In this document: one piece after another, positions 52,042-60,930 of the stretch
Position numbering within the stretch: position 1 is the first letter of the stretch
How the letters are laid out: each line of letters starts with the position of its first letter
Source: an uncultured bacterium
Lineage (GTDB): Bacteria; Patescibacteriota; Minisyncoccia; SW-4-49-11
Direction: 5' to 3'
Assembly: GCA_937864235.1 (NCBI GenBank)
Contig: CALMJI010000018.1
Location: forward strand, 8,939-72,938
DNA length: 64,000 nt
The notes under the pieces: generated by a model
Told to the model about the DNA's origin: nothing
Database searches by the model: none
Seen by the model: only the letters and a program-made list of their open reading frames with translations
Program-made: the position numbers and the translations under genes

Positions 52042-53685
52042 ATGAAATCATTTTGGAAAAGAGCTAAACTACCCACTATAATCCTAGCTATATTGCTAGT
52101 GGTAGTTTCTATTACTGTTGGCGGAGTAGCCTATGCTTATCGTGATTCTGTATACCCTAAAGTATCTGTACAGGGTTTAGATATCGGGTCTAAAACTTTA
52201 AAAGAAGCCTTTAGTATACTAGATGAAAAGAATAAAAACCTCGGTACCAAAAATATTATTCTTACTTATGAAGAACAAGAATATAATACAACTTTAGAAG
52301 AGTTGGGTATAAAATTGAATACTGACGAGACTTTAATTCAAGCCTATCGAATCAAAAGGAAAAATAACATTCTATCTAGCTTGCCCCAAATATTTCAAAC
52401 AACTGATACTAATTGGATCTATACTAGTGATAATGAAGTGTTAGAATCTGTCCTTGGAGCTAAAATCAACCCAGCTCTTAAGACTATGGCCGATGCCAAA
52501 TTAGACTATAAAGATGGACAGATCATAATCATACCTGAACAAGATGGGGAGAGTTTAGATGTATCTAAAATAGCTTCTTCGATAATGCCCATAATTACCA
52601 AAGAAGAAGTTAAATTAGAAACTCCCCTAATCAAAGAAAGTCCTTCAATATCTACGAGTTCATGGGAAACTCAAAAATCTGATTTAGAATCATTAATAAG
52701 AGAACATAATATATTCTTTAATGATACCAATATCAAAATCACTCCGGAGGAAATAGTAACTTGGATTACAATTGATCAGACTACTAAAAAAATTGATATT
52801 TCCCAAGACACTATCAAAGAATACCTAGAATCAGTACAGAAAACTCTAACCAGCCAGCCAGTCAATGCTAAATTAAGATTTAACCCGGAAACTCAACAAA
52901 TTGAAATCTTAGAGCCCGGTAAAGAAGGAACTAAATTAATGATGGAAGAAAGTTCTAAGAGAATTAGAACTGATATTCTAGCAGGGGTAACAAAAACTGA
53001 ATTGTTTGTAGCGGTCACATCCCCACTAATTGATGAATCTCAATTTGACGCTCTAGGAGTGAGAACCCTTCTAGGTAAGGGTGAATCTAACTTTAGAGGA
53101 TCTAGTCGAAGTAGAGTTAAAAATATTAATGTAGCTGCTAATAAAATTTCAAGCACACTTTTGAAACCAGGAGAAGAGTTTTCTTTTGTCAACACTCTTG
53201 GAAAAGTAGATGCCCGTAATGGATATTTACCTGAATTAGTAATAAAAGGGAATAAAACAATACCAGAATATGGAGGAGGAATTTGCCAGGTATCCACTAC
53301 CCTATTCAGAGCTGCTCTCAATGCGGGACTGCCCATTACTGAAAGAAGAGCTCACTCCTATGTAGTTAATTATTATGGAAAACCAGGACTTGATGCTACC
53401 ATTTATCTACCAAAACCTGACTTTAGATTCCAAAATGATACAAATCATCATATTTTGATTCAACATTATATTGTAGGAACAGTTCTATACTATGAAATTT
53501 ATGGAACCTCCACTGGAAAAACAGCCAAAACCATCGAGCCAGTAATCTTAGAATCCAGCCCAGACGGATCAATGAAAACGGTAGCCTATAGAGAGATTTA
53601 TGAAGGAGATGTAATGATAAAAAGAGATGCCTTCTACTCTACTTATCGACCACCTAATAAAGTCACTTCCAACCCATTACAATAA
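52042..53685 (+). CDS. VanW-domain protein (YoaR-like)
   Basis: N-terminal TM and VanW core (GGGICQVSTTLFRAALNAGLPITERRAHS). Confidence 0.8.
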   Translation: MKSFWKRAKLPTIILAILLVVVSITVGGVAYAYRDSVYPKVSVQGLDIGSKTLKEAFSILDEKNKNLGTKNIILTYEEQEYNTTLEELGIKLNTDETLIQAYRIKRKNNILSSLPQIFQTTDTNWIYTSDNEVLESVLGAKINPALKTMADAKLDYKDGQIIIIPEQDGESLDVSKIASSIMPIITKEEVKLETPLIKESPSISTSSWETQKSDLESLIREHNIFFNDTNIKITPEEIVTWITIDQTTKKIDISQDTIKEYLESVQKTLTSQPVNAKLRFNPETQQIEILEPGKEGTKLMMEESSKRIRTDILAGVTKTELFVAVTSPLIDESQFDALGVRTLLGKGESNFRGSSRSRVKNINVAANKISSTLLKPGEEFSFVNTLGKVDARNGYLPELVIKGNKTIPEYGGGICQVSTTLFRAALNAGLPITERRAHSYVVNYYGKPGLDATIYLPKPDFRFQNDTNHHILIQHYIVGTVLYYEIYGTSTGKTAKTIEPVILESSPDGSMKTVAYREIYEGDVMIKRDAFYSTYRPPNKVTSNPLQ

Positions 53686-53692
53686 TTGTATT

Positions 53693-55108
53693 ATGATTAG
53701 ACTTTATAATACACCAACTAGAGGTATAGTGCCATTCAAGCCAATACATCCAAAGAGAGTGTCAATTTATAGTTGTGGCCCCACAGTATATGATAGACAA
53801 CATATTGGAAATTTGAGAAAGGCTTTATTTGATGATTTACTAAAAAGAACCCTGCAATTACATAATTACAATGTTTACTCGGTTACTAATATTACTGATG
53901 TAGGACATTTAGTTAGCGATGAGGATGCTGGGGAGGATAAATTAGAAAAAGGAGCTAAAAGAGAGAAAATAACCGCCCAAGAAGTCGCTCTCAAATATAC
54001 CAAACTCTGGCAAGAGGATTTAGCTAAACTCAATATAATCCCCTCCGACCATTACCCTAAAGCCACAGAATATATAAGAGAGCAAATTAACCTCATCAAA
54101 AGATTAGAACATAAAGGCTATACCTATATTACCAGTGACGGAGTATACTTTGATACTACTAAATTCCCAGAATATGCTAATTTTGCCCATCTCAAGCTTA
54201 ATGCTCAGGAAGCAGGAGCTCGAGTAGAGATGGGAGAGAAGAAGTCTAACTCAGATTTTGCACTCTGGAAATTCTCACCCAAAGGAGAGACAAGACAAAT
54301 GGAATGGGATAGCCCTTGGGGAATTGGTTTCCCAGGATGGCATTCGGAATGTGTAGTGATGGCTGATTCTCTACTCCACGCGCCTTTTGATATACATACC
54401 GGAGGCAAGGATCATATCCCAATTCATCACACCAATGAAATAGCTCAGTTCAAAGCAGATACTGGCAAATCAATGGCAAATTATTGGCTACATAGCTATT
54501 TTCTGACCGTCAACACAGCCAAGATGTCCAAGTCTGCTGGGACTTTTATCACGCTTGATGAGATTATTGGAGAGGGTTATTCCCCACTAGATTTAAGATT
54601 ATTAGTATTGATGGCACATTATCGCTCTGATATAGACTTCTCTTGGGAAGCTTTGACTCAAGCCAAACAAACCCGCCAGCGAATTATAGACTTTATCAAT
54701 AGAGTGAATGCTATCAAGCCACATCGCAAAAACCCAAAACTCCAAAAGTTAATCCGAGATACTTATAATAATTTCAAAAAATCCCTATTCTCCGACCTAG
54801 ACTCACCCAAAGCTATTGCCCTTATGTTTGAGTTTATCAAAGAAGTAAATAGCTCAATAGATGCTGGAGACCCCATCCCAAGAAGGCATATAATCAAATT
54901 ATTCCAGAGACTAGAGCGAGTCTTGGCACTAGATTTACCACTTACCAAAACCTCAATCCCCACTGAGATAATAGAGATTTTCAATCAACGCAATCAAGCC
55001 CGAGCTAATAAAGACTTCGCACAAGCTGACAAATTAAGACAGGAATTGCTCAATTTAGGCTACACAATCCAAGATAAAGACGGGCAAAGTGTGATTATCA
55101 AGACATAG
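53693..55108 (+). CDS. cysS: Cysteine--tRNA ligase
   Basis: CGPTVYDRQHIGN (HIGH), WHSEC zinc ligand, KMSKSAG. Confidence 0.9.
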   Translation: MIRLYNTPTRGIVPFKPIHPKRVSIYSCGPTVYDRQHIGNLRKALFDDLLKRTLQLHNYNVYSVTNITDVGHLVSDEDAGEDKLEKGAKREKITAQEVALKYTKLWQEDLAKLNIIPSDHYPKATEYIREQINLIKRLEHKGYTYITSDGVYFDTTKFPEYANFAHLKLNAQEAGARVEMGEKKSNSDFALWKFSPKGETRQMEWDSPWGIGFPGWHSECVVMADSLLHAPFDIHTGGKDHIPIHHTNEIAQFKADTGKSMANYWLHSYFLTVNTAKMSKSAGTFITLDEIIGEGYSPLDLRLLVLMAHYRSDIDFSWEALTQAKQTRQRIIDFINRVNAIKPHRKNPKLQKLIRDTYNNFKKSLFSDLDSPKAIALMFEFIKEVNSSIDAGDPIPRRHIIKLFQRLERVLALDLPLTKTSIPTEIIEIFNQRNQARANKDFAQADKLRQELLNLGYTIQDKDGQSVIIKT

Positions 55109-55160
55109 CAAGCTTATATGAACCTATTGATAATTTAATTATTTTATAGTATACTCTCAC

Positions 55161-55700
55161 TTGCAAACTCAACCAGAGAGACTTATGGATCCTCTATCTA
55201 AAATTAATGGTTTAATTTTTGGTCATACAGGAGAGTTTCGGTTAGAAACAGAAATTAGAGAAAAAATTAGAGAAAAAATAAATATGGCTAGAAAAAGCCA
55301 GGTGTCACTATGGACACTAAAACACAATACGCACATAGTAGATACTTTAATAATACTTTATAAAATAGTGTCTCCTTGGTCCGACATGAGTAATGAGATT
55401 GCAGAACTAATGTCTGACATACAAAAGATAAATAACTTGGGTAGATACAATGATATTTATACAGCATTAGAAAATATGGTTAAAACTAAACCTATGAGAG
55501 AAGCATTTGGTATAAACAGAACAATACCTGGAGAAACCCCAGATATTTATACAATATTTATTAATGATAAGCCCTTGGTAGAATATAATAATAATATCGA
55601 CTCAAAAACGCAGGAAGAAATATCAAAGGTTATCAATAAAATCCATGGGGAATTTCTACCCCCTCTTAATGGTTTAGTAAATTGTAGAAAATATTACTGA
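55161..55700 (+). CDS. Hypothetical protein
   Basis: ORF with no recognisable motif; followed by a terminator. Confidence 0.45.
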   Translation: MQTQPERLMDPLSKINGLIFGHTGEFRLETEIREKIREKINMARKSQVSLWTLKHNTHIVDTLIILYKIVSPWSDMSNEIAELMSDIQKINNLGRYNDIYTALENMVKTKPMREAFGINRTIPGETPDIYTIFINDKPLVEYNNNIDSKTQEEISKVINKIHGEFLPPLNGLVNCRKYY

Positions 55701-55709
55701 CCCAATCAA

Positions 55710-55741
55710 AGCCCCACAAGTAACTAGCGGGGCTTTTTTCT
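55710..55741 (+). terminator. Rho-independent terminator
   Basis: AGCCCC...GGGGCT stem followed by TTTTTTCTTTTT. Confidence 0.55.
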
Positions 55742-55749
55742 TTTTCCTT

Positions 55750-55870
55750 CGTAGGGGCGACCTTGCAGTCGCCTGTATTTGATATTTTGTCTCCCTTTGG
55801 AGGGAGTCCCCGTAGGGGGAGGTGGTCCCTCCAATACTTTGTTTGGGAGGGGACGGAGGAGGACTATACC
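55750..55870. repeat. REP-like GTAG-hairpin elements plus the 18-mer GTCTCCCTTTGGAGGGAG
   Basis: CGTAGG-GGCGAC-cttgca-GTCGCC (55750-55774). 18-mer identical to 30253-30270 (55789-55806). CGTAGGG-GGAGG-tggtc-CCTCC (55811-55832). GGAGGAGG-rich tail. Confidence 0.65.
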
Positions 55871-55931
55871 CCATTTGACAAAAATAGAAAATTTTAATAC
55901 TATAAATAACACTCTCAATGAGGAAAAACTA

Positions 55932-56282
55932 ATGTCAATTCCCTGCAAATACTCTAAAAAGAATTGGGAGAATATTTTAACCCTACTACAAAGGGCAAGA
56001 GGTTCAAAAAGTCAATCTGTAGAGAGGTACTATGGTTTTAGAAAGAGAGAAGCCCAAAAAGACACGAATGATATAGGGCAAACTGGGAATTCTATCAGAA
56101 CAATCGATTTAGCAATCAGTCAAATACGTCATAGCATTGAACAAGAAAATGAATCTGATCATATAATGATATTATTAGACATCAACATGTATCACTTAAT
56201 CGAAAGGTTAAGACGCAGAAAATTAAAGCTCAAAAAAATAAGAAGACAATACAATAATTCAATCACCACCCCGCTAAATTAG
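55932..56282 (+). CDS. Hypothetical protein with a strongly basic C-terminus
   Basis: GAGGAAAA RBS 8 nt upstream of ATG 55932. C-terminal RLRRRKLKLKKIRRQ. The track ORF from 55779 runs through the repeat region and is rejected. Confidence 0.5.
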   Translation: MSIPCKYSKKNWENILTLLQRARGSKSQSVERYYGFRKREAQKDTNDIGQTGNSIRTIDLAISQIRHSIEQENESDHIMILLDINMYHLIERLRRRKLKLKKIRRQYNNSITTPLN

Positions 56283-56294
56283 CGGGATTTTTTC
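56270..56294 (+). terminator. Rho-independent terminator overlapping the stop codon
   Basis: CCCGCTA-AAT-TAGCGGG perfect 7-bp stem followed by ATTTTTTC. Confidence 0.65.
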
Positions 56295-56303
56295 TTACTA
56301 GTA

Positions 56304-56332
56304 TTGCTCTAGTTGCTATTTTAGACTATACT
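56304..56332 (+). promoter_or_regulatory. Sigma70-like promoter for tRNA-Thr
   Basis: TTGCTC (56304-56309), 17-nt spacer, TATACT (56327-56332). The mature tRNA 5' end lies 8 nt downstream. Confidence 0.55.
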
Positions 56333-56340
56333 GAAGATGT

Positions 56341-56417
56341 GCCAATGTAGCTTAGTCTGGCAGAGCAATGCATTCGTAACGCATAGGTCGTGGGTTCGAT
56401 CCCCACCATTGGCTCCA
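56341..56417 (+). tRNA. tRNA-Thr (anticodon CGT), CCA encoded
   Basis: Cloverleaf folded by hand. Acceptor GCCAATG/CATTGGC. D stem GCTT/GAGC with a 9-nt loop. Anticodon loop TTCGTAA (CGT at 56375-56377). T stem GTGGG/CCCAC with TTCGATC loop. Discriminator T plus CCA. Confidence 0.85.
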
Positions 56418-56437
56418 CAATTTATTACAAAAAATTT

Positions 56438-57883
56438 ATGAATTACAATATCCCGGCTCATATCATATTCATCCTACATACCTTAGAAGAGGCTGGATTT
56501 GAGGCTTTTATCGTGGGTGGTAGTGTGCGAGATTTAGTACTAGGAAACAAACAACCTGTAGATTGGGATATTACTACCAATGCCCTACCTGATCAAATTC
56601 AGGAGCTATTCCCGGATTCAGTGTATGAGAATACTTTTGGTACGGTGGGGGTTAAATATCGCCGTCCTGATGATACTACAGAGATTATTGAAGTGACTAC
56701 TTATCGCAAAGAAGCTCAATACACAGATAACAGACATCCTGAGCAAGTTGAATTCGTCTCCGAACTTTCCCAAGATTTAGCTCGAAGAGACTTTACGGTG
56801 AATGCTCTAGCTATGGACAAACAAGGTCAAATTAAAGATTACTTTGGTGGACTAGATGACTTACAGTCTAGAATTATCCGTACTGTGGGTGAGCCTAAAG
56901 ACAGATTCAGTGAAGATGCCTTGAGATTAATGCGAGCGGTGAGATTTGCTATACAATTAGATTTCACTATTGAGCCACAGACTTTAGAGGCTATCCAAAA
57001 TCTTGCTCCCAATCTCGAGCATATTGCCAAGGAGAGAATTAGAGATGAGCTCACCAAGATGATGCAAACTCCAAGAGCAATGAATGGATATATTCTACTG
57101 CGAGATACCAATTTATTGCAGTTTATAATGCCAGAATTATTGGAAGGAATTGGGGTTGAGCAAAATGGGCATCATATTTATGATGTCTGGGAGCATCTTT
57201 TACGGACTATGCAACATGCTTGTGATATGGACTGGAGTTTTGACCTGAGAATGGCGGGACTGCTCCATGATATTGCCAAACCGAGAACTAAAGAAGGTAC
57301 GGGCAAAACTTGTACTTTTCATAATCATGAAATAGTGGGAGCCAGCATGGCTTATGAGATTTTGGGTCGCCTACATTATCCTAAGAAATTTGCAGCTAGA
57401 ATTTCAAAATTAGTGCGTTATCATATGTTTTATTATGATACCAATGAAGTGACTGAAGCTTCTATTCGTAAGCTTATTCGTAATGTAGGGTCAGATAATA
57501 TAAAGGACCTGATTAAACTCAGAGAATGTGACCGCATAGGTTCAGGAACTCCGAAGGCAAGACCCTATCGCTTGAGACATTTTGAATATATGACTGAGAA
57601 GGTTTTATTAGACCCAATTGATTTATCTATGCTCAAAATAGATGGGAATGTCCTGATTAAAGAGTTAAACATTCCAGCAGGACCTATGATAGGTATGATT
57701 CTCAATGTATTATTAGCTGAAATTCTTGAAGACCCAAGTAAGAATAATGTTGATTATCTCAAGTCACAAGCTCAGATTCTAGCTGCCAAAGACCTAAAAG
57801 ATTTAAAAATCAAAGCTATCAATTTAATTGAAGAGAAGCAAAGAGAACAAGACGAAAACATCCGCAAAAAGTTTTTTGTGTAG
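56438..57883 (+). CDS. cca: CCA-adding tRNA nucleotidyltransferase with HD domain
   Basis: GGSVRDLVLG...DWDITT polymerase-beta head motif; HD domain (LLHDIAKP). Confidence 0.85.
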   Translation: MNYNIPAHIIFILHTLEEAGFEAFIVGGSVRDLVLGNKQPVDWDITTNALPDQIQELFPDSVYENTFGTVGVKYRRPDDTTEIIEVTTYRKEAQYTDNRHPEQVEFVSELSQDLARRDFTVNALAMDKQGQIKDYFGGLDDLQSRIIRTVGEPKDRFSEDALRLMRAVRFAIQLDFTIEPQTLEAIQNLAPNLEHIAKERIRDELTKMMQTPRAMNGYILLRDTNLLQFIMPELLEGIGVEQNGHHIYDVWEHLLRTMQHACDMDWSFDLRMAGLLHDIAKPRTKEGTGKTCTFHNHEIVGASMAYEILGRLHYPKKFAARISKLVRYHMFYYDTNEVTEASIRKLIRNVGSDNIKDLIKLRECDRIGSGTPKARPYRLRHFEYMTEKVLLDPIDLSMLKIDGNVLIKELNIPAGPMIGMILNVLLAEILEDPSKNNVDYLKSQAQILAAKDLKDLKIKAINLIEEKQREQDENIRKKFFV

Positions 57884-57894
57884 GGATATTTTGT

Positions 57895-58443
57895 ATGAAA
57901 AGGCAGTATAATAGATTATCTAAAGAGCTTTATACTGGTGGTTTTTGGTATTTTGTGACTATATGTACAGATGATATGAAATGTATATTTGTAGCGGAGG
58001 GTTTATCCCTCCAAGACAACAAATTTATACTCAATTCTTTGGGTAAAATAGTGGAACAAGAAATTTTGAATTTGGAAAATAACTTTCGTAAAACAAAAGT
58101 TGAAAATTATATTATTATGCCCAATCATACTCATTTGATTATTTCTATTGATGAAGGTGCTACTAGAGTTAATTTTCAAAAAATGATTTCCTTAGGGGAT
58201 GTTGTTGGTTTATTAAAAGCATATACTCAAAAAAGGGTCAGAGATGAGTTAAATAAAAATGGAGGGATAAACCCTCCGCTACGAAATATTAAAGGAGTTA
58301 ACTTTAATAAAATTTGGCAAAAATCTTTTTATGATCATATCATTCGTAATGATAATGATTTACTAAGAATCCAAGAATATATTATAAATAATCCTATAAA
58401 CTGGGAGTTAGACTCTCTCAACCCCACCAATCTCAAAAAATAA
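57895..58443 (+). mobile_element. REP-associated tyrosine transposase (RAYT; IS200/IS605 TnpA-like Y1 HuH enzyme), single domesticated copy
   Basis: HuH motif (NHTHLII) and catalytic Tyr block (WQKSFYDHIIRND). 182 aa. No flanking IS ends. Starts 11 nt after the cca stop. Confidence 0.8.
57991..58012. repeat. GTAG-hairpin (GTAGC-GGAGGG-TTTAT-CCCTCC) inside the RAYT coding sequence; perfect inverted partner at 58261-58282
   Basis: The two 22-mers are exact reverse complements, 248 bp apart. Both lie in-frame within the ORF and match the intergenic elements at 46292 and 46335. Confidence 0.7.
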
Positions 58444-58472
58444 TTGACAAATTTCAATCTCTAGACTATAAT
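58444..58472 (+). promoter_or_regulatory. Perfect consensus sigma70 promoter driving the V/A-ATPase operon
   Basis: TTGACA (58444-58449) begins immediately after the RAYT stop. 17-nt spacer, then TATAAT (58467-58472), 21 nt before ATG 58494. Confidence 0.6.
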
Positions 58473-58493
58473 GAGTTGTATTTATAAACACCT

Positions 58494-58760
58494 ATGAAAC
58501 AACTTGTTGAATTGATTGAAATTGAAAAGTCTTTTAATCGTAAGAAAAAATCTTTACAAAAAGACTATACTTCCCAATCTCAGGACTATATTGCTCAGAC
58601 TAAAGAGAATATTGCAGTCCTTAAAAAAGAGATTTTGAACAAGAATCAAATTGTAAATGAAAGATTAGCTTCTTTTGAAAAACAATCTAATGATTCTACC
58701 CCTACTGAAATCAAATTAGACACTCAAAAAATCAAAAAACTTATTTTAAGTCAGTTATAA
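58494..58760 (+). CDS. Small coiled-coil protein, possible V/A-ATPase peripheral stalk subunit (G/H-like)
   Basis: 88-aa charged helical protein at the position occupied by the stalk subunit in bacterial ntp/atpV operons. Confidence 0.35.
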   Translation: MKQLVELIEIEKSFNRKKKSLQKDYTSQSQDYIAQTKENIAVLKKEILNKNQIVNERLASFEKQSNDSTPTEIKLDTQKIKKLILSQL

Positions 58761-58795
58761 AGTTAATAATATTACTTGTAAATAGATAAATTTAT

Positions 58796-60838
58796 ATGGG
58801 AGTTAAAGCATCTAAACTAATTCAAATCACTGTCAACAATAATGATAGGTTAACTTTATTATCCTATCTTCAGAAAAATGCCATAGGTCAAATTATAGAA
58901 AAAATAGAAACTACTCCTCTTGATAAAGATTCAATTGAATTACAGCAAGATTTATTAGAAAAACTTGATATTATTAATAAAACAATTGATATATATAAAA
59001 TTTATCAACCTACTAAAAAATCGATTTGGGATAACTTTATTGACAATAAAATCCCCATAACAGAAAATATTCTTCATCATTATGAAGACAATATGATCGA
59101 TATTATAGCAAAAGCAGTCATAATAAATGATATTGCTGAAAGAAAAGATGATTTAATAGATAGACAAGATGTATTGAAAGACATTATTTCCCGAGTAGAA
59201 CCTATTAAAGATATTGAGATAGACATATTTGGATCATACAAATTTTTATCTTTTTTACCATTTTTGGTTGATGAATCTCGTGCTCATATTGTTACAAAGC
59301 AATTAAAAGAAAGTATATCATCAATTGTACTAGAGTCTGTTAAAAAAATTGGGACTGATTATCTTTATGTATTAGCAGTACCAAATTCTGAAACAAAAAT
59401 AGCTCACGATATACTTGAGAGTAAAACTACTCTCATAAATTTCCCATCTCAAGTTTCTGGCTCTTTTTATGATATTTATCATAAAAGCTTAAAGGAATTG
59501 CAAGATAATAAAAAAACTCTAAACTCTTTAAATAAGAATCTTAAATCAGCTAATGTGAATTTAAAAGATTTATATATAGTTAGTGATATAATAACCTCTA
59601 ATCTGAATCTGATTTCCTATCTTCACATGTTTACTAACAAAATAGAGGGTAAAGCTACTTTAGACCTATGGGTTGATGGTGATAAGCTAGACCAGATACA
59701 GAAGGAGCTGACATCCGTTATAAAAGACTGTGGATTGAACACAGCTCATCAATCTAAAAAAGTTGCCCCTGTGATAGTAAAAAACTCAGTAATTATTAAA
59801 AACTTTGAAACTATTACAAAAACAATGGGATTACCCAAAGGGAATGCTATTGATCCTACCTCATACCTGCTTCTATCCTTCCCTATTATGTTTGGGATTG
59901 CACTATCTGACGCAGGATATGCTCTTCTTTTTCTAGCTGTTACTGGAGTTGCATTACTACATCCTAGATTGAAATCAAATATTAGGAATATGTTTGTAAT
60001 AATTTTTGTTTCATCAATATTTAGCTTTATTATTGGAGCTATTACAGGTAATTGGTTTGGTTTAGTTCCTGATAAAGTAGATATGGCGACGGCATTACCA
60101 CATGTATTGTGGTTGGAATCAATCGGTTTACTAGGTTTTTTACAAGCCATTCATATTGTTGATCCTCTAGAGCATGTTGTAGGATTTATGATATTAACCG
60201 CCTCAATTGGAGTTATTCATATATCATTTGGGCTTGTATTAGGATTTGTTCAATCACTAAAAAAACAAGATTTTTGGGAAGAAGGCATAGAGTCAGTAGC
60301 ATGGTTTTGTGTTCTTGTGTTTGGAATATTGCTTTTATTGGCAAATCAAGGAATTCTTGGTAAAGATTTAAATAACCTTACTCAAATTCTGAAAATAGTA
60401 TATGGAATTATAGTTTTAGCAAGTGTTTATATATTGGGTCGTAATATGAAATCATTCCCTGCTAAAATTGGAAAGGGTCTATATGAATTATTTTTTGGAG
60501 TTATAGCCTATGTGTCTGAAATTTTATCCTATACTCGTCTTGTGGCTTTGGGTCTTGCTGGAAGTATTATTGCAGAAGTTGTAGGAACATTAGCTGGTCT
60601 TGCTGGTGGAGGTTTGGCGGAAAAAGGTGGAGTTTATTTTATACTAGGATATATAATTATAGTTATAATATTCTTAATAGGAAATATATTTAATATAGTC
60701 CTCTCTCTCTTAGCTACATATATCAATGTTGGTAGACTTCATTTTGTAGAATTCTTCAGTAAGTTTTTTAAAACTGGAGGAGAGCCCTGGACTCCAGTTT
60801 CAAGAAGTCATCAATATAGTATAATAGAGAAATCTTGA
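58796..60838 (+). CDS. V/A-type ATPase subunit I (a-subunit)
   Basis: Soluble N-terminal half plus roughly 8-TM C-terminal half with the conserved Arg (SYTRLVALGLAGSII). Confidence 0.85.
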   Translation: MGVKASKLIQITVNNNDRLTLLSYLQKNAIGQIIEKIETTPLDKDSIELQQDLLEKLDIINKTIDIYKIYQPTKKSIWDNFIDNKIPITENILHHYEDNMIDIIAKAVIINDIAERKDDLIDRQDVLKDIISRVEPIKDIEIDIFGSYKFLSFLPFLVDESRAHIVTKQLKESISSIVLESVKKIGTDYLYVLAVPNSETKIAHDILESKTTLINFPSQVSGSFYDIYHKSLKELQDNKKTLNSLNKNLKSANVNLKDLYIVSDIITSNLNLISYLHMFTNKIEGKATLDLWVDGDKLDQIQKELTSVIKDCGLNTAHQSKKVAPVIVKNSVIIKNFETITKTMGLPKGNAIDPTSYLLLSFPIMFGIALSDAGYALLFLAVTGVALLHPRLKSNIRNMFVIIFVSSIFSFIIGAITGNWFGLVPDKVDMATALPHVLWLESIGLLGFLQAIHIVDPLEHVVGFMILTASIGVIHISFGLVLGFVQSLKKQDFWEEGIESVAWFCVLVFGILLLLANQGILGKDLNNLTQILKIVYGIIVLASVYILGRNMKSFPAKIGKGLYELFFGVIAYVSEILSYTRLVALGLAGSIIAEVVGTLAGLAGGGLAEKGGVYFILGYIIIVIIFLIGNIFNIVLSLLATYINVGRLHFVEFFSKFFKTGGEPWTPVSRSHQYSIIEKS

Positions 60839-60930
60839 TATCCTTTCTTCTATATGGCTAGTTATTAACTAGAAATATAGTGGAAAGGATACCAAAAGAG
60901 TATCCTCAATTATGAATTTAAGATAAATTT

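Noticed and set aside
55674-55948. Two overlapping minus-strand ORFs (66 and 74 aa), and the N-terminal extension of the plus-strand ORF from 55779
   Set aside because: All are driven by the GC-rich repeat island (poly-Gly/Pro/Arg translations). The plus-strand gene has a clear RBS and ATG at 55932 instead.
56390-56437. ORF-track start of the cca gene overlapping the tRNA-Thr 3' half
   Set aside because: Non-ATG start inside a tRNA gene. ATG 56438 (MNYNIPAHII...) is the conserved N-terminus of CCA-adding enzymes.
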